Shown here: positions 47,638 to 58,610 of the stretch, piece by piece | Position numbering within the stretch: the first letter of the stretch is position 1 | Layout: each line of letters opens with the position of its first letter | NCBI GenBank assembly: GCA_965197475.1 | Contig: CBDANF010000003.1 | Span: 704,001-768,000, forward strand | Direction of reading: 5' to 3' | Length of the DNA stretch: 64,000 nucleotides | Origin: Candidatus Poribacteria bacterium | GTDB lineage: Bacteria; Poribacteria; WGA-4E; WGA-3G | Made by a program: the position numbers and the translations under genes | Notes under the pieces: generated by a model | Database searches by the model: none | Seen by the model: the letters and a program-made list of their open reading frames with translations, nothing else | What the model was told of the DNA's origin: nothing

Positions 47638-49266
47638 TTAGGATTCACGGAGTGCATCTGCTTTCAGCCAGCCAATAGAGTCAATAATTTTATCCTGATG
47701 CTCCCGCATCATCACCTCAATGAGTGCCGGTTTTTCAGCAGCAAGCGCGTCCCGTAAGATCGGCTTAAAATCCTCCAAATTTTCAACCTTCCGAGCATAA
47801 GCCCCGAAAGACTGCGCGAATTTGACAAAATCGGGATTCCGCAGGTCTGTGTCAATAGTACGTCCCTCAAATCCTTTCAATTGAGATCCTTTAATCGCTG
47901 ACAACGCATCATCATTCACTACAATTGCCACGACATTGATGCCATATTTCATGGCGGTTGCCATTTCCATTGCTCCCATTAGAAAACCTCCATCGCCACT
48001 AAAACAGATTACCGGACGGTCCGGATACGCGACTTTGGCACCGATAGCTGCAGGATAGGCGTATCCTAATGCAACACCGATATTCGGGTAGAGGAAGGTA
48101 CACGGATCGTAAATAGGAAACTCAGCAAATGACGCATAACCAAGTGAGTGAACATCAATTGAATAGATGGTATCTCGTGGCAGAACATCTTGCAGTTCGT
48201 GAATGATAGGCAAAGGCGGCTGCGTATCAAACTTAGCGCGAAGTTGCGGTAGCACGGCATCCCATCCATTTCGATCAGTGGATATATCCTCAATAAGTGC
48301 CTGCAAGGTAAGTTTTAAATCACCTACAACACCTATTTCACACGGATATTCTCGTCCAATTTCGTTTTCATCTTCGTCAATTTGGATAAACGGCTGCGGC
48401 AGTCTCATGCTCCAGCTTCCCGTATCAATGGATGTAAACCTCGGTCCAATACCAATTAAACAGTCAGCATGCTTGAGAACCTCTTGACCTAAAAAGCCGT
48501 AGCAGACTTGCAACGCTAACGGATGGTCTTCCGACAAAGTACCTTTTGCACAACGGGAGACAATAACAGGTGCTTTCAATTTTTCTGCAAGCAGTCTTAA
48601 CTCATTTCTGGCATTGGCATGAATCACAGCGGAACCGGCAAAAATCAGGGGCATTTTCGCATTGCGTATCTTATTAACCGCGGTACTTAGGATGGAATCA
48701 TCGGGTGGAGGTAATTCGGTGCGTTCGATTCGTGGCGGAATTCGGACTTCACTTTCTTCAGTGATTACGTCCATTGGGAATTCCAACACCGTTGGTCCTG
48801 GTCTACCGTTACGCATCGCCTTAAAGGCGTTTTCAACGACATCAGGAATCTCGGAGACAGTATGCGCAATAGCACAATACTTGGTGAGTGGTTCAAAAAA
48901 GCGCATTTGGTCCAAGCCGTGGAACATCTTACTCGGATGTCTGCTGTAAGAATCAGAATGGCTCTGTCCAGTAATGAGTAATACTGGCACACAATCGGTA
49001 AAAGCCTCCAAAATCCCTGTAGAAGCATTGCTTGCCCCCGGACCAGGCACGGTGATGGCAACGCCGACCTCACCTGTTGCGCGAGCGAACCCGTCTGCCA
49101 TTTGTGTCGCGGCGTACTCGTGTCGGACAAGAAAATGATTGATTGAACCCGTTCCGCGGCGGAGCAGGGAATCGTAGATTTGCATGTTTTGAGTTCCTGG
49201 CATTCCGAAAACTGCCGTAACCCCTTGTGCTTTCAAACATTCAATCAGAATATCTCCACCTTTCAC
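47638..49266 (-). CDS. Thiamine pyrophosphate-binding protein (acetolactate synthase large-subunit-like)
   Basis: VFGMPG, RHE..A..MADG.AR, GPG.SN, GDGGF...N motifs. Confidence 0.9.
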   Translation of the reverse strand: MKGGDILIECLKAQGVTAVFGMPGTQNMQIYDSLLRRGTGSINHFLVRHEYAATQMADGFARATGEVGVAITVPGPGASNASTGILEAFTDCVPVLLITGQSHSDSYSRHPSKMFHGLDQMRFFEPLTKYCAIAHTVSEIPDVVENAFKAMRNGRPGPTVLEFPMDVITEESEVRIPPRIERTELPPPDDSILSTAVNKIRNAKMPLIFAGSAVIHANARNELRLLAEKLKAPVIVSRCAKGTLSEDHPLALQVCYGFLGQEVLKHADCLIGIGPRFTSIDTGSWSMRLPQPFIQIDEDENEIGREYPCEIGVVGDLKLTLQALIEDISTDRNGWDAVLPQLRAKFDTQPPLPIIHELQDVLPRDTIYSIDVHSLGYASFAEFPIYDPCTFLYPNIGVALGYAYPAAIGAKVAYPDRPVICFSGDGGFLMGAMEMATAMKYGINVVAIVVNDDALSAIKGSQLKGFEGRTIDTDLRNPDFVKFAQSFGAYARKVENLEDFKPILRDALAAEKPALIEVMMREHQDKIIDSIGWLKADALRES

Positions 49267-49430
49267 GTTTTACTCTCCTTTGTGCTTTTTCAGGAAATCT
49301 TCCAACCAAGCATCCGGATCACGTCCAAGTTTCCGCAGAAACTGACATCCTATTTTCTTAACAAAATTGGGAAGTAGGTTAAAAAGTCTTAGTTGCCAAC
49401 TCATAATAGTTCCTATAAAGGATACACAAG

Positions 49431-50561
49431 TTAATTCAGTAATGCCGCGCCTGTAACTTTGTCAAAAAGATGGATACGTTCAGGCACAAACGTAACATAG
49501 AGATACTGTCCAATTTCCGTATCAAAATTAGGGGATGTGCGGGATTTAAGGATCGTATGCGCGCCAGATGCATCTGTACCGAGCGTCAACTCAACTATCG
49601 TTTCTGCACCGAGCGGTTCAACGCTATAAACTTCAGTCTGAAAAGCATTCGGAACGGATTGATGGCTAACGAGCACATCTTCAGGATAAACCCCAAAGAC
49701 TAAGTTCTGGTTTGTACCATTTTCGGATACAGTTTTAGCGATACGGGAATCTTCAATAGAAAAACAATTGTTTTCTGTCGTGTCACCAGATAGAGTCAAT
49801 TGGAGGTTGCCGTTACTGCTTGAGATTTCACACGGGATACAGTTCATATTTGGACTGCCGATGAAACCCGCAACGAACAGATTCGTAGGGTGATTGTAAA
49901 TATCGGAGGGCGTTCCTAACTGCTGAATCCTGCCCGCTTCAAGCACAGCGATACGGTCTGCCATGGACATCGCTTCCACCTGATCATGTGTAACATAGAA
50001 TGTGGTAGTACCGAGTTCGCGTTGCCGCCACCTGATTTCAGCACGCATTTCGGTCCGAAGTTTCGCGTCAAGATTTGAAATCGGTTCATCCATCAGAAAC
50101 ACCTGTGGATGGCGCACCATTGCTCTGCCGAGTCCAACGCGCTGCGTCTCACCACCGCTCAACTGGTTCGGTGTCCGCATAAGTAGATGCTCAATATGTA
50201 ACATCTGCGCAATATCCTTGACACGCCGGTCAATCTCTTCAGCAGACAGATTGCGGGGGTGTAATGGGAATGCCATGTTCTCGTAGACAGAAAGGTGAGG
50301 ATAGAGAATATGAGATTGAAAGACAAAGGCGACATCACGCTCAGCAGGTGTTTTGTCGTTCACGCGAATACCGTCTAAGTAAATACTGCCTTCTTCGGGT
50401 TTGTCCAATCCGGCGACACACCGCAGCGTTGTCGTTTTCCCTGCCCCGGTCTGACCGAGTAGCACAAAGAACTCTTCATCTTTCACATCAAGTGTGATGT
50501 CGTCCAAAGCGATGAGCTCGCCGAACCGTTTTGTAACGTTTTCCAGTTTTACTGTTGCCAT
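49431..50561 (-). CDS. Sugar ABC transporter ATP-binding protein (MalK-like)
   Basis: GQTGAGKT, LSGGE.QR, LMDEP.SNLDAKLR, VTHDQ, C-terminal TOBE domain. Confidence 0.92.
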   Translation of the reverse strand: MATVKLENVTKRFGELIALDDITLDVKDEEFFVLLGQTGAGKTTTLRCVAGLDKPEEGSIYLDGIRVNDKTPAERDVAFVFQSHILYPHLSVYENMAFPLHPRNLSAEEIDRRVKDIAQMLHIEHLLMRTPNQLSGGETQRVGLGRAMVRHPQVFLMDEPISNLDAKLRTEMRAEIRWRQRELGTTTFYVTHDQVEAMSMADRIAVLEAGRIQQLGTPSDIYNHPTNLFVAGFIGSPNMNCIPCEISSSNGNLQLTLSGDTTENNCFSIEDSRIAKTVSENGTNQNLVFGVYPEDVLVSHQSVPNAFQTEVYSVEPLGAETIVELTLGTDASGAHTILKSRTSPNFDTEIGQYLYVTFVPERIHLFDKVTGAALLN

Positions 50562-50731
50562 ATTGGTATGTGATTGTTATCAGGTTATATTTTATTATTG
50601 CATGAATTGCAATTGGATGTCAATAGAAATAGGGTTCATTGTTCATTTCTCCACCATCTATGAGATTTGTCTTTTACTGCTCTTTGTGCTATAATAGATT
50701 TCAGCATTTACCTCACTGCTAAGGAAACACC

Positions 50732-51796
50732 ATGTTACATCGCGGTTTAAAAAACGGAGAAACGCTTCCTAACATTGATAAAATACTCATCATCCGCGCT
50801 GATGGTATCGGCGATTTGCTGAACTCAACACCAGCGATAGCGTTGTTGCGGCAGAACTACCCATCAGCAGAGATTACGGTGCTGGCGCGTCCACTCAATG
50901 CACCATTGCTACTCGGAAACCCTGATGTTGATAAGGTACTTGTATTTGATCGACAGGGGGGTCATCGTCATTTATCGGAGCAACTCCAATTCTACCACGC
51001 CCTACGTCGTGAGGGGTTTCATCTCGTTGTCGCGATGCAAACCGCTACGTGGCCACATTTCGTTGCTTTTCTTTCAGGTGCTCCCTATCGCTTAGGTCGC
51101 TATCAGAAACGGTTTAAGTCTACACTCACGCATGTGTGGCACGGCAAGTATCAAAAAGGCGAAACCCATGAAGTTGATAGAAACTTGGAATTAGTGAGGT
51201 TAATCTGCCAAGGTGAAGGCACACGACAACTTGTTTTCAATCTGTTGCCTGATGAAATTGCGAATGCCGAAACACACCTTGCATCTTGGCGTGTGGGTGA
51301 TGGGACTTTTCTAATCGGCATTCATCCTGGAGGAAGTTCTTTTGATAAACGTTGGCCCGAAAAGCAGTATGCGGAGCTTGCTGACAGGCTAGTACATCAT
51401 TACAACGCCACGATTCTCCTCTTATGTGGCCCCGACGAATCTGCGTTAGCGCAGAATATCCAGGAAGCGATGCAGTCAAATGCTATCGTTCACGCGCCAA
51501 AGACAATTCGTGAGTTAGGTGCCCTGCTTTCCCGCTGCGGCTTGGTACTGTGTAATGATTCAGGTCCAATGCACCTTGCGGCAGCAGTAGACGTGCCGAC
51601 GGTAGCGATCTTCGGCCCCACCGATCATGTTGCGTGGCATCCGATGAGTGAGAACGCATCTGTTGTGCGGAGAGATATGCCGTGCTGGCCCTGTAGTGCG
51701 CATAAGTGTAAAATCGGATGGGAATGCACCAAGAAATTGCCTATTGAAACGGTTTGGAATACAACGACTATGACCGTAGAAGCGAGTCGAAAATGA
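50732..51796 (+). CDS. Glycosyltransferase family 9 (LPS heptosyltransferase-like)
   Basis: IGD....P, HPG.S...KRWP, NDSGPMHLAAA...PTVAIFGPT, CxPC. Confidence 0.9.
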   Translation: MLHRGLKNGETLPNIDKILIIRADGIGDLLNSTPAIALLRQNYPSAEITVLARPLNAPLLLGNPDVDKVLVFDRQGGHRHLSEQLQFYHALRREGFHLVVAMQTATWPHFVAFLSGAPYRLGRYQKRFKSTLTHVWHGKYQKGETHEVDRNLELVRLICQGEGTRQLVFNLLPDEIANAETHLASWRVGDGTFLIGIHPGGSSFDKRWPEKQYAELADRLVHHYNATILLLCGPDESALAQNIQEAMQSNAIVHAPKTIRELGALLSRCGLVLCNDSGPMHLAAAVDVPTVAIFGPTDHVAWHPMSENASVVRRDMPCWPCSAHKCKIGWECTKKLPIETVWNTTTMTVEASRK

Positions 51797-53037
51797 AAAT
51801 AGCCATAGCAACCTGGGGAACAACAGGAGATGTCTATCCTCTTTTAGCACTCACAGAACGTCTGCTGAAAAAAGATCATCAGGTACGTGTGTGCGCGCCA
51901 TCCATCTATAAAGGCAAGGTTGGCAACATCGGCGCGGACTTCTATGAGGTAGGAGTCGCTTTTGAGTTAGCAGAATTTCATCAAAAGATGGATACCGTCA
52001 TTGCGATGCGCGATCCTATTGCACCACTGTTGCTTATTGCAAAGGAAGGGATTCTGCAAAGTGGTGAAAAGTGGTATACCGATTGCCTTGAAGCAATGAA
52101 AGGATACGATCTGGTTATATGTCATTCCATAGATATCCCTGGACAAGAGGCAGCTATCCGAAACGAGTTGCCATGGCTGACTGTGACGTATTGCCCAGGC
52201 TTCATTAAAATACCTGATAACGCGCCGTATCCGTTTCCGAATTGGGGACGAACATTCAACGCTATCGTGTGGAATTTGGTAAGACTCCGTCTCCGATACG
52301 TTGTTGATCCTCTTTTTAATCAATTTATCACATCTGTCGGTGGAAAACCGAGAGCAACGGTGGCATTAGATGAAATGTATTCGCCACATCTGAACCTCAT
52401 CGCGGCATCCCCTACGCTCTGTCCATCAGCCAATTTTCCTCTGAACCACAAGTTTACAGGTGTGTGGCATCTCGCGCAGCCAAACTACGTGCCGCCACCT
52501 GAACTCACAGATTTTTTAGCAGACGGACCGCCGCCTATCGTCGTTACGTTTGGATCTATGGGTGGAAGCAAAGGTCGTGAAACAACGGAAATTTTAATTG
52601 ATGCCATCAAAATGACAAGACAGCGTGCTATAATTCAAGCAGGATGGGGACTTTTAGGTGCTCAGGATACTGGAGAGAACATTTTTTGCACGGAGTATGT
52701 ACCGCATCGGTGGTTGTTTCCGAAGGCGAGTTGTGTTGTCCATCACGGCGGCGCAGGCACTACAGCATCAGTATGTTATGCCAAAGTTCCGTCAGTCGTT
52801 GTGCCACACATCGCCGATCAACCCTATTGGGGAAAGCGACTCTTTGACTTGGGAGTTGCGCCAAAAAGCCTGCACAGACGTAAACTAACTGCTAAACATC
52901 TTGCCAGACGGATTGAACAGGTTTTAGGAACGCCGACTATGGCTGAACGTGCAAAGACCTTAGGGACACAAATGGAATCTGAAGATGGTTTGACAACTGC
53001 AGTTGACCTGATTGAATCTTTTCATCTATCTGAATAA
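51793..53037 (+). CDS. GT1/GT28 glycosyltransferase (sterol glucosyltransferase-like)
   Basis: GT.GDV.P, FGSM, VPH.WLF, HHGGAGTT, P..ADQPYW; ATGA overlap with the upstream gene. Confidence 0.9.
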   Translation: MKIAIATWGTTGDVYPLLALTERLLKKDHQVRVCAPSIYKGKVGNIGADFYEVGVAFELAEFHQKMDTVIAMRDPIAPLLLIAKEGILQSGEKWYTDCLEAMKGYDLVICHSIDIPGQEAAIRNELPWLTVTYCPGFIKIPDNAPYPFPNWGRTFNAIVWNLVRLRLRYVVDPLFNQFITSVGGKPRATVALDEMYSPHLNLIAASPTLCPSANFPLNHKFTGVWHLAQPNYVPPPELTDFLADGPPPIVVTFGSMGGSKGRETTEILIDAIKMTRQRAIIQAGWGLLGAQDTGENIFCTEYVPHRWLFPKASCVVHHGGAGTTASVCYAKVPSVVVPHIADQPYWGKRLFDLGVAPKSLHRRKLTAKHLARRIEQVLGTPTMAERAKTLGTQMESEDGLTTAVDLIESFHLSE

Positions 53038-54023
53038 TGAAAAAAATACTTGTTTTCAGTTTCAGTTTCATCGGTGATGCAGTGCTGTCTACTGCCGTTA
53101 TCCAACCTCTACGCAAACATTTCCCAAATACCCACATTACCTTTCTCGTTGGACCGCTCGCGTTTGATCTCCTTGCCAACGACCCTCAACTTGATGCTAC
53201 CCTCGTTTACGACAACCGTGGTGAACACGCCGGTTTGAAAGGGCGAATGAAACTTATAAAAACGTTACGCCGAGAGAAGTTTGATCTCGTTGTGAATCTT
53301 CGAGATAGTTTCACTGCACGGTGTATAGGCGCGGAACATTGGGGTTTGGTGCGTGGAGATGGGAATCGACACGCTGTTACCCGATACTTGGAAGTCCTTA
53401 GTCATCACGGTCTTGGGACAACAGATGCACATCCTCACTTACAGTTGACTGAAGCAGCGCATGCCACAGCATCCCGTTTTCTTGCCAAGGCAGGACTTAC
53501 GTCTGAACGTTTGTTGATTGGTATTCATCCAGGCGGAAATTGGGAATACAAGTTGTGGCGTGTTGAGAAATATGCGCAACTCGCGACCGCTTTATGTGAA
53601 AGACAGAACGCTTCGATTCTACTTTTTGCGGGACCAAATGAGCGGAAACTCCAATCACAGGTTGCGGATATGATGGATACCTCACCGATCCTTGTTGAAA
53701 CGGATAACCTACGAGAAGTCACGGCGTTGATTGCAGCGTGTGATATCTACATTGGCAACGACACGGGGCCGATGCACATCGCTGCTGCAGTCGGGACGCC
53801 TGTGGTTGCACTTTTCGGTTCAACAAACCACATTCGGAGCGGTCCCTATGGTGACGAGCATACAGTTGTGCAGAGTGGGATTGATTTGGGATGTAATCCG
53901 TGTCACCCTGGTCGGCATCCAGGAGGGTGTGGGGTTGGTAGTTGTGCTGTGATTGATGGAATTACAGTGGAACAGGTGTTATACCAAATTAACTTGATCC
54001 CACTCGGTAGGCGCGCTTTGTAA
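53037..54023 (+). CDS. Glycosyltransferase family 9; last 13 codons come from a MITE
   Basis: IGDAVL, HPGG....K.W, NDTGPMHIAAAVGTPVVALFG, CNPC. Confidence 0.9.
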   Translation: MKKILVFSFSFIGDAVLSTAVIQPLRKHFPNTHITFLVGPLAFDLLANDPQLDATLVYDNRGEHAGLKGRMKLIKTLRREKFDLVVNLRDSFTARCIGAEHWGLVRGDGNRHAVTRYLEVLSHHGLGTTDAHPHLQLTEAAHATASRFLAKAGLTSERLLIGIHPGGNWEYKLWRVEKYAQLATALCERQNASILLFAGPNERKLQSQVADMMDTSPILVETDNLREVTALIAACDIYIGNDTGPMHIAAAVGTPVVALFGSTNHIRSGPYGDEHTVVQSGIDLGCNPCHPGRHPGGCGVGSCAVIDGITVEQVLYQINLIPLGRRAL

Positions 54024-54070
54024 GCGCGCTGTCTGCCCAGAAAAACAAGGCTAATCCCGTTAATTTGGTA
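53982..54070. mobile_element. 89-bp MITE, TACCAAATTAAC family, with a GTAGGCGCGC REP
   Basis: Perfect 12-bp TIRs; TTA target duplication (53979-81 and 54071-73). Confidence 0.9.
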
Positions 54071-54128
54071 TTAGAGGTAGTAGATTGTTTTTTAGAAGGT
54101 GCGGTTGTTCCTTAGGTTACATGGCATA

Positions 54129-56354
54129 TTATGATTTCTTCCATTGCAACCGCAGACTATTCAGCACAACAGACACACTACTAAACGCCATCGCAAACGC
54201 AGCAAGCATCGGATGCAACTCGCGTAACATCAATGGCAAAAACGCAAGCGGGAATAGCACGCCTGCAGCAACAGGAATTAATAGCACATTGTAAAAAAAT
54301 GCCCAAAACAGATTCTGTTTGATGGTGCGGAGTGTGGCACGGCTTAGTCGAATAGCATCGGGAATAGTACGTAAGTCACCGCGCATCAACGTCAAATCAG
54401 CTGTTTCCATAGCAATATCAGTTCCCGTGCCGAGTGCCATCCCAACATCTGCTTGTGCTAACGCAGGCGCATCGTTGATACCATCCCCTACCATAGCTAC
54501 AAATCCATTCGTCTCTTCTTGCGCTTTTTTAACAGCAGCCGCTTTATCTTCAGGCAGAAGTTCCGCCATAACATCGGTAATTCCAACATTTTTTGCGATA
54601 GCCGTGGCGGTGCTATGGTTGTCACCGGTCATCATTGTCACTTCGCATCCGAGTTGTCGGAGTTCTGTCACGGTATCTTTCGCTTCCGACTTTACCGTAT
54701 CCGCAACAGCAAGGATCCCCCTTACCTCTAAATCAATTGCTACCCACAACACCGTTTTAGCATCTGCTTGTAACTGTTCCGCTTCTGCTTCAAACGCCTG
54801 AGTCGGAATTTGATGTTGTTCCATTAAGGACAGATTTCCTATTATTACTTTATTTTCGTTGAGTTTTGCAATGATGCCGTTGCCGGCAACAGCAGTGAAT
54901 TTCGTAGGAACGATAGTGTCAATTACGCGTTCAGAAGCAGCAGAAACGATCGCTTTTCCGATAGGATGTTCACTGCCACGTTCTGCAGAAGCAGCTATCT
55001 GAAGTAATCGATTCTCGTCTCCATCGTCCGCAATAATGTCTGTAAGCGTAAGTTGTCCTTGCGTTAAGGTGCCAGTTTTATCAAGTACAATTCGCGATAA
55101 TGCACCTACATGTTCTAACGCTTCACTATTCCGAAAAAGGATGCCGCGATGCGCCCCTATTCCTATGCTGACCATAATCGCAGTCGGTGTGGCAAGCCCT
55201 AACGCACATGGACACGCAATGACCAATACCGCCACTAACCTAAGCATCGCAGATGTGAATCCATCTCCAACGACAAACCACCACAATAGGAACGTCACAA
55301 CGGCAATACATAAGACAACAGGCACAAACACACTTGCGACCGCATCCGCAGTGCGTTGAATAGGTGCTTTACTCTGTTGTGTTGCTTGGACTAATTGAAC
55401 AAGTCTTGCAAGGGAGGTTTCTGAACCAACACGTGTTGCCGCAATCGTGAGCATACCACTCTGATTAATTGTAGCACTGGCAACAGTGTCGCCTGCAGTT
55501 TTATCTATAGGCATGCTTTCACCAGTGAATAGACTTTCGTCAATAGCACTTGAACCTTCGCGTACGATGCCATCAACAGGCATGCTTTCGCCAGGACGAA
55601 CAATGAGTAGGTCACCGACGGCAACTTGTTCAATCGGAATGTGCTGTTCTTCACCATCTTTGAGGAGACACGCTGTTTTCGGAGAAAGGCGCATCAGTTT
55701 TTTGAGAGCAGCACTCGTCTGCCCTTTCGCGCGCGCCTCCAGAAGTTTGCCAAGTTTAATAAGTGTAATGATAACAGCAGCAGTCTCAAAATAGACGTGG
55801 TTTCCAAACTCTTGTAGATTTAATGTAGGAGCAATCATCACAACGACACTATAGAGAAATGCCACAGATGACCCCATCGCAACGAGCACATCCATATTTG
55901 CAGAACGATTACGCAATGCCTTAACACTACCGACATAATAATCCCAACCGACATAGAACTGCACCGGAAATGCCAAACCGAACATAATCCAATTAACCCA
56001 AGAGACATTTGCCCACCCACCTATCAACCCCATATCTCTACCCATGCTGAGCAGAAATAGAGGAAGTGTGAAAAGGATACCTACACTGAATTGGAACTTT
56101 TGTCGTCTGAACTCTTCAGCACGTGCGGATGCTTCAGAATCAGCATCAACAACGTCAAACCCGAGGGAACGGATCTTGTCAACGATTACTGCCTCACTAA
56201 GAGCAGACGGATTAAAGGTGATCGCCGCCTGCTCCGTTGCGATGCTAACATTTGCTGCAAAGATACCCGCCATCTCCTCAAGATTTCGGCTGATAGTGGC
56301 AGCGCAGTTTTCACAATGCATGCCGGTTATGGGAAGGTTAATCTGCTGTTGCAT
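54129..56354 (-). CDS. copA: Copper-translocating P1B-type ATPase
   Basis: GMHCENC HMA domain, [29 protein letters not shown] and MAFSS motifs. Confidence 0.93.
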   Translation of the reverse strand: MQQQINLPITGMHCENCAATISRNLEEMAGIFAANVSIATEQAAITFNPSALSEAVIVDKIRSLGFDVVDADSEASARAEEFRRQKFQFSVGILFTLPLFLLSMGRDMGLIGGWANVSWVNWIMFGLAFPVQFYVGWDYYVGSVKALRNRSANMDVLVAMGSSVAFLYSVVVMIAPTLNLQEFGNHVYFETAAVIITLIKLGKLLEARAKGQTSAALKKLMRLSPKTACLLKDGEEQHIPIEQVAVGDLLIVRPGESMPVDGIVREGSSAIDESLFTGESMPIDKTAGDTVASATINQSGMLTIAATRVGSETSLARLVQLVQATQQSKAPIQRTADAVASVFVPVVLCIAVVTFLLWWFVVGDGFTSAMLRLVAVLVIACPCALGLATPTAIMVSIGIGAHRGILFRNSEALEHVGALSRIVLDKTGTLTQGQLTLTDIIADDGDENRLLQIAASAERGSEHPIGKAIVSAASERVIDTIVPTKFTAVAGNGIIAKLNENKVIIGNLSLMEQHQIPTQAFEAEAEQLQADAKTVLWVAIDLEVRGILAVADTVKSEAKDTVTELRQLGCEVTMMTGDNHSTATAIAKNVGITDVMAELLPEDKAAAVKKAQEETNGFVAMVGDGINDAPALAQADVGMALGTGTDIAMETADLTLMRGDLRTIPDAIRLSRATLRTIKQNLFWAFFYNVLLIPVAAGVLFPLAFLPLMLRELHPMLAAFAMAFSSVSVVLNSLRLQWKKS

Positions 56355-56378
56355 TTGTATTCCGACAAAGGTTGGTAT

Positions 56379-57347
56379 TTACGTCAGATGAACAGGATCA
56401 CCAGTTGCCAAAGATTGGTTCGCAGCGATAGACAATATCGCGGTTTTAGCGGCATCAGGATACGGGGAACGGATTGCACTACCATCCCCTGTACGGACAG
56501 CCTCAATAAAGGTACTATCCATGTCGATTGTACAGTTATTTTCGGGTTTCCATGTTTCTGTCCCGTCAGTAGTAGATAAGACAAGGGCTCGGCGCAGGTG
56601 GTATTCCAGCGATCCGTCTTCACAGAAGATGTCTAACCCGGAACGCCGTAGTCCATTTGTCGTGAAGCACGCAGAGAACATAATGCCAAACACGCCGCTC
56701 TCAAATTGCAATGAAACAGCAGATGCTTCTTCAATATCGTAATCGGTATCAGGAATGAGGTCATATCTTGCAACAGCATAGACGGTTTTGACTTCGCCAA
56801 AAAGATAGCGCGCCATATCAAATTCGTGTGTCGTCTGCTCCATGAGTTGACCACCAGATTTTGCTTTCTCGCGCCACCATCCACCGGGCATGCCACCCAT
56901 CCAGTAGCCCATAAAAAAGCCGACACGTCGTGAAGCGAGTAGTTCCTGCGCCTTGTCAATAATATCAAGGTAACGTTCCTGATATCCGCAGGCAGTAATG
57001 ATGCCTTTGTCCTCAATTTGGGCAGCAATCTCCTTTGCTTCGTCTGTATCCATGTGGACAGGTTTTTCGACAAACATTGGGAGTCCAGCAGCAACAACAG
57101 CCTTCTCAGGTGCACCGTGTGCGAATGGTGGAATTGAGATATAAACTGCATCCAATTCCTCATTTGCGAGCATCTCATTGTAATCCGCATAAGCTTTGCC
57201 ACCGTACTGTTCAACGGCACGTTCCGCTTTTTCGATTACAATATCACAAAAAGCAACGAATTTGTTGCCACCGATTTGGGTTAATTCACGCAAGTGACGA
57301 TTCATGTTGCCACCTGTGCCGATGAAACCTAATCTTACGTCTGACAT
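56379..57347 (-). CDS. Gfo/Idh/MocA oxidoreductase
   Basis: GFIGTG, EKP, SGG.L.EQ..H..D motifs. Confidence 0.9.
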   Translation of the reverse strand: MSDVRLGFIGTGGNMNRHLRELTQIGGNKFVAFCDIVIEKAERAVEQYGGKAYADYNEMLANEELDAVYISIPPFAHGAPEKAVVAAGLPMFVEKPVHMDTDEAKEIAAQIEDKGIITACGYQERYLDIIDKAQELLASRRVGFFMGYWMGGMPGGWWREKAKSGGQLMEQTTHEFDMARYLFGEVKTVYAVARYDLIPDTDYDIEEASAVSLQFESGVFGIMFSACFTTNGLRRSGLDIFCEDGSLEYHLRRALVLSTTDGTETWKPENNCTIDMDSTFIEAVRTGDGSAIRSPYPDAAKTAILSIAANQSLATGDPVHLT

Positions 57348-57381
57348 AGATTCTCCTATATGAAATATGTGAACACCTCTG

Positions 57382-57532
57382 GTAGGCGCGCTTTCTAAGC
57401 GCGCCGAACTATGTATGATTACTTACATTTGTGTCTTATCTTTCTTGTGGGAGGGGTTTTCAACCCCGATTGTAAGCGTGCTATCAACTGAAGTACGAGG
57501 ACCTTGTCCTACAAGTCCGCGTTAATTTAATA
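57382..57532. repeat. Cluster of REP-like hairpins with a degenerate TIR
   Basis: GTAGGCGCGCTTTCTAAGCGCGCC; GGGGTT..AACCCC; GTCCTAC..CGCGTTAATTT. Confidence 0.55.
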
Positions 57533-58480
57533 TTACCATTCAAATACAGTGCCAAGCAATCGCATTGGCTCATCACGAAGCCAGCGGTATATCTGCGATG
57601 CTTCATTGACGCTTACTCGGTGTCGAATAAGTGGTGCAATTTTAATTGATCCCTGACGCAGAAAACGGCATAGGTTTTCCAGATCGTCACGGGTGAAATG
57701 GCTACAATGCAAAATGTTGATTTCCTTGAATTGCCCAATGTTGAAGGTATAGTTTACATCAAAACGTCCAGCGACCAAAAGCAAACGACCACGAGTTTTG
57801 CAGGCGCGGATCATTGGCGTGACCATATCTGGCGCACCAGCAAAATCCATCACAACATCAAAACTACCTTCACCAATATACTTGTTCCATCCATCACCGC
57901 TCGTATTGAAAACCTGTTCGGCTATACCGAGTTGGCGCGTTTCTTCTAATCGGGATTCATCAATGTCACATACGGAAACGCGTGCTCCCATCGCGTAGGC
58001 AATCTGTGCAGCAAACATGCCGATACATCCTTGCCCGACGATAAGTACTTTTTCGCCGATACGAGGATCAACTCTACGGCAACAGTGCATCGCTACACCC
58101 GATATACCGAAAAGCGCAGCTTCAGCAGGATCAACGTCATCTGGCAATTTTAGCAATAACCCGTTTTCCTGAATAGTGAACCGTTCGACATGATCTACGC
58201 TGGCATAAATAAGGTCACCGATCTGAAGTTGTGTTACGTCAGGTCCTGTTTCAATGACCCGTCCGACGTTCTGGTAGCCGCCACCACTCGGTAAATTTTC
58301 ATCAGATGGAGCATAGTTTCCACCGATAAGCTGGTTACGTTCAGTGCCGTTTGTGAGACCTGTGAAAACTGACTCACACAACACCTCATTCCGCATAGGT
58401 GAGGCAGGTTCTTTCCAATCGGTGACGACGGTCTTTTCGCGCCGTTTATCGGACAATAGTTTGATAACAATTGCTTTCAC
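57533..58480 (-). CDS. Medium-chain (zinc-binding type) dehydrogenase
   Basis: GTE, GY..VG.V...G.DV, G.G.IG Rossmann motif; GTG start. Confidence 0.85.
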   Translation of the reverse strand: MKAIVIKLLSDKRREKTVVTDWKEPASPMRNEVLCESVFTGLTNGTERNQLIGGNYAPSDENLPSGGGYQNVGRVIETGPDVTQLQIGDLIYASVDHVERFTIQENGLLLKLPDDVDPAEAALFGISGVAMHCCRRVDPRIGEKVLIVGQGCIGMFAAQIAYAMGARVSVCDIDESRLEETRQLGIAEQVFNTSGDGWNKYIGEGSFDVVMDFAGAPDMVTPMIRACKTRGRLLLVAGRFDVNYTFNIGQFKEINILHCSHFTRDDLENLCRFLRQGSIKIAPLIRHRVSVNEASQIYRWLRDEPMRLLGTVFEW

Positions 58481-58610
58481 AATATTAATGACTCCTACAG
58501 AGATATGTTAAGTAGAGAAAAAAGATGCGTGCTTTACCTTATTAACTTAACCTATTCCTGCTAAATTGTCAAGCAGTTTGGAAATGCTAAACAATAATCC
58601 CAAAATTCTG

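Noticed and set aside
54319-56579. Long antisense ORFs opposite copA, and similar ones opposite other genes
   Set aside because: Typical shadow ORFs of well-supported genes; no motifs or RBS.
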